A stretch of DNA of 35,921 nt from contig JAUVJE010000001.1 of assembly GCA_030592355.1 (NCBI GenBank), positions 1 to 35,921 of the forward strand, in the 5' to 3' direction. The first letter of the stretch is position 1. Each line of letters begins with the position of its first letter. The notes beneath the pieces were generated by a model. It was not told where the DNA came from and ran no database searches. It saw only the letters and a program-made list of their open reading frames with translations. Positions 9,328-16,426 of this stretch are shown here, one piece after another. This stretch comes from Clostridia bacterium (GTDB lineage Bacteria; Bacillota; Clostridia; DUPQ01). The position numbers were made by a program, and so were the translations under genes.

Positions 9328-10071
9328 TCAATCACATATTTTTCTGTTTAGGATAGTGTTTTTTAATGTATTATCAACACCATTAAAATGTATAAACGCC
9401 GCGAGGAAATCAAACATGGGATAAAATGAACCGAATACCGTTTTCTTTATCAGTCCCATTTTCGTTAAGTCCTCAACAACAAACATACTGTGCCTGATTT
9501 CCGACATATCAATAAAAATATTTTCTTCATTACTAAGCGTATCCACCATGCCCTCAAGCTCGCTCAATTTCATATTGCAAAGCAGCACCGGTGTTTTCAA
9601 TTCTCTTTTTAAAAATGAATCTAAGGATGCCATCTCAAAAGATTTCTGTTTAAAAAGATAATCCAATCTGTAATCCCCGAAGGAGCAGTGCACGATTATC
9701 GGTTTACCCCTCTCAGAAGCCATCTGGTAAAATTCCCGGAATTCCGGTGTGTCAAAATCATAACCGTGAACGGTTGGATATATTCGAAAAGCATCATATT
9801 CAAATGACTCGTCAGCCCTTTTGATATCATACATGGTATTTGGAAGCATGGGATTTATTGACGCTGCCAACCTATATCCGCTGCTTTTAATAATAACCGA
9901 CAATTCAAGATCGCCCTCAAAAGGGTCATTATAGAAAACCGCTCCAAGGCTGCTGACCAAACCTGTTTCAATACCATGTTTTTGGTGCATGCTTCTCAAT
10001 CCATCGAAATCAATTTGTTTTCTTTTGGCAAAAGGCCAGGTCCCCACAAAACAATTATAATCTGTTTTCAT
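9328..10071 (-). CDS. Amidohydrolase-fold protein, apparently degenerate (no N-terminal HxH)
   Basis: Its size and spacing of features resemble the adjacent PF04909-like protein (for example IIVHCSF). The N-terminal metal-binding HxH is replaced by NCFVGTWPF. It overlaps the upstream gene by 4 nt. Confidence 0.6.
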   Translation of the reverse strand: MKTDYNCFVGTWPFAKRKQIDFDGLRSMHQKHGIETGLVSSLGAVFYNDPFEGDLELSVIIKSSGYRLAASINPMLPNTMYDIKRADESFEYDAFRIYPTVHGYDFDTPEFREFYQMASERGKPIIVHCSFGDYRLDYLFKQKSFEMASLDSFLKRELKTPVLLCNMKLSELEGMVDTLSNEENIFIDMSEIRHSMFVVEDLTKMGLIKKTVFGSFYPMFDFLAAFIHFNGVDNTLKNTILNRKICD

Positions 10072-10805
10072 CTCCTGCCTCCGAAAACCCTGAGGGCATT
10101 TTTATAGTAAATTTTATCTTTTTGGTCCTTCGTCAGGCGGGCTTCCTCTACCTGTGCAATGCACTGTCTGCCTCCCGACGGCATATCAGTTCCAAATAAA
10201 AGCCGGTCTTCACCGATAGCTTCAAAAGCATAATCAATATCGCCGGTTCCAATCATTGTTCCTGAGAAATCCGTATACACATTATCGAGGTCGCTTATAC
10301 ATCTGATTCCAAAATAAACATTGCCTCCCATATGCGCCATTATAATTTTAAGTTCCGGGTAACGAAGGGCAAGGTGCCGTACATTTTCCGCAGTACTTTC
10401 ATTGTCCAGCTGTCCGGTAGCTTTTTGGAATGCATGAACAAGAATGGGCACATTGTATTTAATGCATTTCTCGGCTATATCATCAATCCTGTAATCGTCG
10501 CATTTCGCCGCTACCCATAACTTAACCCCTTCCATCCCGGCGTCAAGTCCTTTTTCCAGAACATCCAGTTTATTATTATGAGTTGGGTCAACATACACAT
10601 ATCCTGAGATTAGTTCCGGCCGTTCTTTCATAAAACCGAGTGTCAGTGAATTGAGGTAATTTATTTCATCGTAATCCGGGTAATGTGAAGCCAGCGATGA
10701 AATATAAACCCTGCTTAAACCAAAGGTCTCGCAGGCCTTTAGGATTGTCCTTTTATCATCTTTATAGTGGTTGGCCCAAAGATGGGCATGTGCGTCGATT
10801 ATCAT
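10068..10805 (-). CDS. Metal-dependent amidohydrolase (Amidohydro_2 / TIM-barrel type)
   Basis: The N-terminal motif is MIIDAHAHLW (HxH). Later His and Asp ligands are in typical spacing (PILVHAF, IMAHMGG, FGTDMP). Confidence 0.8.
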   Translation of the reverse strand: MIIDAHAHLWANHYKDDKRTILKACETFGLSRVYISSLASHYPDYDEINYLNSLTLGFMKERPELISGYVYVDPTHNNKLDVLEKGLDAGMEGVKLWVAAKCDDYRIDDIAEKCIKYNVPILVHAFQKATGQLDNESTAENVRHLALRYPELKIIMAHMGGNVYFGIRCISDLDNVYTDFSGTMIGTGDIDYAFEAIGEDRLLFGTDMPSGGRQCIAQVEEARLTKDQKDKIYYKNALRVFGGRR

Positions 10806-10838
10806 ATCCTACCCTCATATAGATTATAGCTTTATATT

Positions 10839-10866
10839 AAAAAAGCCGCAAGAACACACTTACAGC
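10839..10866 (-). terminator. Rho-independent terminator after spoVG
   Basis: The minus-strand RNA reads GCTGTAAG-TGTGTT-CTTGCGGC followed by TTTTTT. This is an 8-bp stem. Its two G-U pairs exist only in the minus-strand transcript, which fits the orientation. Confidence 0.6.
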
Positions 10867-10962
10867 ATATTATTTCAATATTGATGCCAACGGTTTGATT
10901 ATCTAATTTTCCCCGTGTTTCGTCTAACATTCCCCATAACCATACAGTCATTCAATTAAAGG

Positions 10963-11241
10963 TTATTCCATCACGGGTTCCGGCTCATCTTCAACTTCTG
11001 CATATTTCTCAAAGATAAGTTTCTCCAGCATTTTCCTGGTTTCTGAGTTAATGGGATGCGCAATGTCTTTAAATTGTCCGTCCGGAGTTTTTCTGCTCGG
11101 CATTGCGATAAATAACCCATTCTGACTTTCAATTACTTTGATGTCATGTACAGCAAAGCATTCATCGATAGTCAAGGAAACCACAGCTTTCATTTTGCCG
11201 CCTGTTGCGATTTTTCTGATGCGTACATCCGTAACTTGCAT
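10963..11241 (-). CDS. spoVG: Septation/sporulation regulator SpoVG
   Basis: [11 protein letters not shown] ... [20 protein letters not shown] ... [24 protein letters not shown] is the characteristic SpoVG sequence. The ORF is 92 aa. Confidence 0.95.
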   Translation of the reverse strand: MQVTDVRIRKIATGGKMKAVVSLTIDECFAVHDIKVIESQNGLFIAMPSRKTPDGQFKDIAHPINSETRKMLEKLIFEKYAEVEDEPEPVME

Positions 11242-11412
11242 TTCTAGCCCACCTTTCCGCAGATTAGCAAAAATGCTTTTAACAGATTTCTGACATTTAT
11301 TATGTTATCTGTTAATTAGATTATACTCCTATACTTGTCAATTCACAAATATACACCCAAATATTGACAAATTTCCTCTATCAGGTAAGCCGAATTTTTA
11401 AAGCGCATATAT

Positions 11413-11445
11413 AAAAAACCCATCTGCGATACAGATGGGTTTTTT
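11413..11445 (-). terminator. Bidirectional Rho-independent terminator after the MerR-GGDEF gene
   Basis: The sequence is AAAAAA-CCCATCTG-cgata-CAGATGGG-TTTTTT. This is a perfect 8-bp stem flanked by A6 and T6. It lies 15 nt downstream of the stop at 11461. Confidence 0.8.
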
Positions 11446-11460
11446 GAATCTTTTAAATTA

Positions 11461-12390
11461 TTATATAGGTTTTGTATTTAATTTTTCTTTAATGTCTCCT
11501 GTAAAAACCTCTACCCGGTCCCTGCCGTTGTGTTTTGCAAGATACATGGCTGACTCTGCAAGATGCGTGAACTCTTCCGCATTCTTTGGATTAGTATCAA
11601 TATACGCTACTCCAACCGTTACAGTAACAGGTTCCTTAATCCCAAGATAACTGAAATCCATTTCTCTTATTCCCCTACAGATTTTCTGAGCCAGTTCAAG
11701 ACTCTTATTCTTTTCCAGATCGACCCTGATTATAAATTCATCACCGCCTACTCTTTCTAGGTTCGACTTGTATCCCCTGATGATTCCTTCTCCCCCCGGC
11801 AGAAGGTTTACTACCTCGCGGAAAATTGCATCAAGGATAGCATCGCCTATCTTTCGACCGTAATTATCATTGAGGCTTTTGAACTTATCAATATCAAGGA
11901 CCATTGTCGTTATGTTCTTTCCGCTCTTCAGCGCAGTTTGGAGTATTTCCTCGAAACCCCAGTCGAATGCCTTTCCATGGTCAATTGCCATTTTCCCGTT
12001 AAAAACAACCATATCGTTTATCTCCTTTAAATTGACTTTTTTCCCGTCAGGAAGACCTTGGATTACCATCATGAGGTTTTCAATTCCCATGCTTTTAAAT
12101 TGAGCCCTGTCGAGATCAATCCTGGCCTGTGTATATTTCTCGTTTAACCTGAGTATCAAGCTTCCTTTTTCCATCGACAATTTCATCAGGTCGGCTATCT
12201 CTGACAATGAAAATCCCAGGGACTTCAGCATATTGATTATCTTCAGGTCGCGCTCCTGAGAATCATCATAATGCCTATAGCCCGTAAACCTATCGGTCTC
12301 AGCCGGCTCCAGCAGCCCAATTTCCTCGTAGTGATGCAAAGCCCGGACGGTTACCTTATTCTTCCTGGCGAATTCACCTATTTTTAACAT
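11461..12390 (-). CDS. MerR-family HTH fused to a GGDEF (diguanylate cyclase) domain
   Basis: The N-terminus carries a MerR HTH: MLKIGEFARKNKVTVRALHHYEEIGLLEP...TGYRHY. The C-terminus has GGDEF hallmarks: VLDIDKFKSLNDNYG, RVGGDEFIIRV, AKHNGRDRV. GGGAG lies 9 nt upstream of the ATG. Confidence 0.85.
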   Translation of the reverse strand: MLKIGEFARKNKVTVRALHHYEEIGLLEPAETDRFTGYRHYDDSQERDLKIINMLKSLGFSLSEIADLMKLSMEKGSLILRLNEKYTQARIDLDRAQFKSMGIENLMMVIQGLPDGKKVNLKEINDMVVFNGKMAIDHGKAFDWGFEEILQTALKSGKNITTMVLDIDKFKSLNDNYGRKIGDAILDAIFREVVNLLPGGEGIIRGYKSNLERVGGDEFIIRVDLEKNKSLELAQKICRGIREMDFSYLGIKEPVTVTVGVAYIDTNPKNAEEFTHLAESAMYLAKHNGRDRVEVFTGDIKEKLNTKPI

Positions 12391-12411
12391 GACATGTCAT
12401 CTCCCGATATA

Positions 12412-12442
12412 AGTATAGACCCTTACGCAAGGTAAGAGTCAA
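12412..12442 (-). promoter_or_regulatory. MerR-type promoter/operator (19-bp spacer with dyad)
   Basis: The minus strand reads TTGACT (12442-12437), then the 19-nt spacer CTTACCTTGCGTAAGGGTC, then TATACT (12417-12412). The spacer holds the inverted repeat CTTAC-n5-GTAAG. That repeat extends to GAC..GTC (8 of 9 pairs). Confidence 0.6.
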
Positions 12443-12593
12443 CCCTGGCAGGTTAATTTACTTTCACCATCCGGCAATAATGACATTCCGGCGACTGGTT
12501 CTGATTTTTAATCAACCAGTCTCTTTTCATGACAATATGCCGGATTTACTGCGTTCGGTGCGGCTTTTAGTAACAATTTGTCTATATATACAG

Positions 12594-12615
12594 AAAACCC
12601 GGTCTTTTGACCGGG
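12594..12615 (-). terminator. Rho-independent terminator after the aldolase gene (end of the sugar operon)
   Basis: The minus-strand RNA reads CCCGGTC-AAAA-GACCGGG followed by TTTTCTG. It lies 24 nt downstream of the stop at 12639. Confidence 0.7.
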
Positions 12616-12638
12616 TTTAATCGTATTTTTTACGTTGC

Positions 12639-13679
12639 TTATTTTTTCAGAAGGTTTTTCCTGTATTTGACGCCTTCCCAGTTTTTGATGAAATCTATGT
12701 CCTCCTGCTTCATCGGGACGGGAGTCATTTTCTTTGCTTTTGCATTCTCCATGATGTAAGCCAGGGCGACAATGCTTTCTTCCATAGTGAGGGCTTCTTT
12801 ATAATTTGTCTTGTAAATGACTTCCCCGGTCCCCCCGTTAATGTTTATCTTATTCCCGCAGCAGCCATCAGCCACGTTTCCGCTAAGATATGCAGCCTGG
12901 TCAGGATAAAGTATATTCGCCTCGAACCATTTTGAATCACGCCCTGTTCCTTTAAAATAACCTTTCAGTATTTCAGATTTGCTTACGAAAGTATCTTCGC
13001 CTGTTTCTTCAAGTCCTACATATTCAAATTCGTTGGGAAGATCCAGTTCTTCTAGTATTGCTTCGCTTACCATTTCATGGAGCATGACGCACTCGTCGTA
13101 ATCATCTGATGAAACAAGTATGCCGTGGCTTTCCATGAAAATTATCTTAGGCATTACATCGTGGTCATCCAAGAGATGTTTGATTCCCAGGGTAAGGTCA
13201 AACCCGGGAGTGATGTAAGGCACCCATGCATACCCGTATTCGGATTTCCCGAATATTTTATCTGCAATTGATTTGCCTTCCTTTGTACAGCAAAGCAAGT
13301 TTGCATATACGGAATGCGTATGTAATACATAGTCATAAACCAACGAATGGAAACCCGCTTCAACAGACGCCCTCATACCATCCTTAAGTCCGGGAAGAGT
13401 TACGGTATTCGCTTTTACAAATGCGGTGCTGTCCTTATAAAAATCAGTATCTGATTCCAAATCAACTTCTGCATAATATTTTTGGATTTCCTTGTACTTA
13501 ATTACTACGAAACCGTCATCTACCTTCATATCCTTAAGTTTGTAGCCTGACGCCTTTACAGCCATAAATTCGTCATTCAATTTTACGGAGGTGTTTCCAC
13601 CGCCGCCCTGTGCATAGTCTGCCCTGACTCCCAGTGCCTGCGACATTTTTGCAAATTGTTTCAATTTTTTCTCAAACAT
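12639..13679 (-). CDS. Class II aldolase/adducin-family protein, candidate rhamnulose-1-phosphate aldolase (RhaE-like, stand-alone)
   Basis: The N-terminal GGGGNTSVK motif and overall pattern resemble the aldolase half of bifunctional RhaEW-type proteins. It lies directly downstream of the isomerase and kinase genes. Confidence 0.65.
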   Translation of the reverse strand: MFEKKLKQFAKMSQALGVRADYAQGGGGNTSVKLNDEFMAVKASGYKLKDMKVDDGFVVIKYKEIQKYYAEVDLESDTDFYKDSTAFVKANTVTLPGLKDGMRASVEAGFHSLVYDYVLHTHSVYANLLCCTKEGKSIADKIFGKSEYGYAWVPYITPGFDLTLGIKHLLDDHDVMPKIIFMESHGILVSSDDYDECVMLHEMVSEAILEELDLPNEFEYVGLEETGEDTFVSKSEILKGYFKGTGRDSKWFEANILYPDQAAYLSGNVADGCCGNKININGGTGEVIYKTNYKEALTMEESIVALAYIMENAKAKKMTPVPMKQEDIDFIKNWEGVKYRKNLLKK

Positions 13680-13689
13680 TATTTTCTCC

Positions 13690-14904
13690 TTATGACCATC
13701 CCTGGCCGTATCCTCTTTCTCTTTTCTTTTCTTCGTGTCCGCACGCGAGATATGCTTTCATGGGGTCTGTATCCAATCCCATCTCTTCCCTGACCCGGGC
13801 TAACAGAGGACGCACATCAGTTTCAAACGCCTCCCTGACACAGGCTTCCGCACCGAGAACATCGTTATTCATCCTTGCTTCTTCAAGTTTTTTCCTGTCC
13901 ACAAGCAATGCCTTGGCATGTGCGGTCTGTACATTCAGAACAGAACGCAGCATCGCAGGAACCTTTGGCTCTATGCTGTGGCACTGGTCTATCATATATG
14001 ATATGCCTTTTGCGCAGGCACTTGTGCTTTCATCAAGGGTTGCATCAATTATTTCATTGAAAATCAAGAACAGTTCATAAGGTTTGATTGAACCTACGAT
14101 AAGGTCGTCGTCTGCGTATTTCTTATTGTTGAAATGGAATCCGCCAAGTTTTCCCTCATCAATTAAAGTGGCAACTATCTGCTCGATATTAACTTCCTGA
14201 GCATGATGGCCGAGATCTACAAGTACCGTTCCCTTTTTTCCAACCTTATTGGCAAGCAGCATTGACATCCCCCAGTCGTTGATATCAGTATGATAAAACG
14301 CCGGTTCGAATGCCTTATACTCAATAAACATCTTCATATTCTCGTCCATGGCTTTATCAAGGGTAAGAAGACTTTCAATCATCCAGTTCTTCCTTTTTCT
14401 GAAACTGCCCTGTCCGGGGTAATTTGTTCCATCTGCAAACCAAAGGCTGATTTCCTTGGATTTAAATTTTCTGGCTATGTCAACACATTCAATCATGTGG
14501 TCAGTGGCCATTTTCCTGATTGCAGGATCTGCATTGCAAACGCTTCCAAGCATGTATTCATCACTTTGGAAAAGGTTTGGATTAACCGCACCTATTCTGA
14601 GTCCCTTCTGCCTTGCATAGTTGCCTGCATCTTCGTAATCGTCTACTTTATCCCATGGAATATGAACGGCTACGCTGGGACATACACCGGTAAACTTATT
14701 TACCATAGCGGCATCATCCAGCTTTTCATAAAGATTCCTTGGCATCCCGATTTGTTTGAAAACCTTGAACCGAGTCCCGGAATCCCCATATCCCCATGAA
14801 GGCGTCTCAATCGCAAGATCCTTTATGTTCTTTTTAACCCAGTCGGTGCTAAGTCCTGCATTGCCGAGTTTTTCTTCAAGTATTTTATATTCTATATTCA
14901 TCAT
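13690..14904 (-). CDS. Xylose-isomerase-like TIM-barrel sugar isomerase, candidate L-rhamnose isomerase (RhaI type)
   Basis: The ORF is 404 aa. The segment ETPSWGYGDSGTRF and its length fit RhaI-type isomerases rather than E. coli RhaA. Its start overlaps the rhamnulokinase stop as TAATG. Confidence 0.7.
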   Translation of the reverse strand: MMNIEYKILEEKLGNAGLSTDWVKKNIKDLAIETPSWGYGDSGTRFKVFKQIGMPRNLYEKLDDAAMVNKFTGVCPSVAVHIPWDKVDDYEDAGNYARQKGLRIGAVNPNLFQSDEYMLGSVCNADPAIRKMATDHMIECVDIARKFKSKEISLWFADGTNYPGQGSFRKRKNWMIESLLTLDKAMDENMKMFIEYKAFEPAFYHTDINDWGMSMLLANKVGKKGTVLVDLGHHAQEVNIEQIVATLIDEGKLGGFHFNNKKYADDDLIVGSIKPYELFLIFNEIIDATLDESTSACAKGISYMIDQCHSIEPKVPAMLRSVLNVQTAHAKALLVDRKKLEEARMNNDVLGAEACVREAFETDVRPLLARVREEMGLDTDPMKAYLACGHEEKKRERGYGQGWS

Positions 14905-16382
14905 TACTCCTTCCCAATAATGTCTTTGACAAAATATTTATAAACCTCATCCCACTTCTCAGTATCCTCTGGTTCCCACTTTATTATTTCAAACGAATTC
15001 CTAATGACTTTTCTAGCTTCTTCCATTCCTGAAAGCTGTTTTAATGCTATGAGCTGAGCCATTATATTTCCCGTTGCAGTTGCTTCAATAGGGCCCGTAG
15101 TTATTGTTCTGCCCAGTGCATTTGCAGTAAACTGGGAAATCATAACATTCTTGCAGCCTCCTCCCACTATATGAAGATTTGGTATTTTTTTCCCCACCAC
15201 TTCTTCCAATCCTTCGTATACATATTTGTATTTCAGGGCGAGGCTCTCCATGATGCATTTTACAATCTGCGGTTTATTTTCAGGCACCGGCTGTCCTGTC
15301 CTGCGGCAGAAATCCTGTACTTTCTCCGGCATATGGCCGGTGTGGTAGAAGGAATCGTTGTCAGGGTCAATCAGACTTCTGAATGATTCTGCTTCCCTTG
15401 CTTCAAATTCAAGCTCATCAAATGACATTACTTTGTCTTCTCTGTTCCACTGCCGTCTGCAGTCCTGATATATCCAAAGTCCCATTATGTTTTTTAAAAA
15501 ACGGATTGTCCTGTTGAATCCACCTTCATTTGAATATTCAAGCTCTGCGGCTTTTTCACTAACAATAGGCTGCTTTAGCTCAGTGCCTAAAAGCGACCAT
15601 GTGCCACTGCTTAAAAATGCAAAGTTATCAGTATCAGCCGGAGCGCTAATAACAGCGCTGCCCGTATCATGCGCAGCTACAGAAATTACCGGAACAGGTT
15701 CTATCTGAACTTCATCACAGATTTCATCCTTAAGCATTCCGACGACTTTTCCGCCATCGATTATTTCAGCCAGGAAATGATGCGGAATATTAAGTTTGTC
15801 AAGAAGCGTTCTATCCCAGTCGCCTGTTTTAATATTCAGCATCTGGGCCGTACTGGCAATGCTGTATTCGCTATACATATTACCGGTGAGAAAATAGTTT
15901 AAAAGGTCCGGCATAAAGAGCATTTTATCTGCCCTGGCAAGGAGTTCGGGCCTGGTTTGCTGAAGTGCATAAAGCTGGTAAAGAGTGTTGAACTGCATGA
16001 ATTGAATTCCCGTTCGCTTGTAGATTTCTTCGCGGGGAACAACTTTGTATGCAGCGTCAATCATTCCGTCTGTACGTGCGTCTCTGTAATGCACAGGGTT
16101 TTCAAGAAGCCTGCCGTCTTTATCAAGAAGTCCGAAATCCACTCCCCATGTATCGATCGCAATACTTGATATATCGCCGTGGCCTTTCTTCCGGCATTCG
16201 ATTATGCCGGTTTTCAATTCATGAAAAAGTCTTAAAACGTCCCAGTACATGGTTCCGTTTATATTAACCGGATCATTTGAAAAACGGTGGATCTCCTCGA
16301 GGGTAACCTTCCCGTTATCATATATTCCCAGCATAGCCCTGCCGCTGCTGGCCCCATAATCAAATCCTAAAACTTTTACCAT
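14904..16382 (-). CDS. rhaB: FGGY-family sugar kinase, rhamnulokinase
   Basis: The N-terminus (LGFDYGASSGRAMLG), DTWGVDFGLLD, and the length of 492 aa are typical of RhaB-type kinases. Confidence 0.8.
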   Translation of the reverse strand: MVKVLGFDYGASSGRAMLGIYDNGKVTLEEIHRFSNDPVNINGTMYWDVLRLFHELKTGIIECRKKGHGDISSIAIDTWGVDFGLLDKDGRLLENPVHYRDARTDGMIDAAYKVVPREEIYKRTGIQFMQFNTLYQLYALQQTRPELLARADKMLFMPDLLNYFLTGNMYSEYSIASTAQMLNIKTGDWDRTLLDKLNIPHHFLAEIIDGGKVVGMLKDEICDEVQIEPVPVISVAAHDTGSAVISAPADTDNFAFLSSGTWSLLGTELKQPIVSEKAAELEYSNEGGFNRTIRFLKNIMGLWIYQDCRRQWNREDKVMSFDELEFEAREAESFRSLIDPDNDSFYHTGHMPEKVQDFCRRTGQPVPENKPQIVKCIMESLALKYKYVYEGLEEVVGKKIPNLHIVGGGCKNVMISQFTANALGRTITTGPIEATATGNIMAQLIALKQLSGMEEARKVIRNSFEIIKWEPEDTEKWDEVYKYFVKDIIGKE

Positions 16383-16426
16383 AACGTCTCCTTAAGACTC
16401 CAATTTAAATCATTATATATTATCGT

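Noticed and set aside
12480-12620. A 46-aa plus-strand ORF upstream of the MerR-GGDEF gene.
   Set aside because: It has no RBS and runs through two hairpin/terminator structures. The translation is low-complexity and looks arbitrary.
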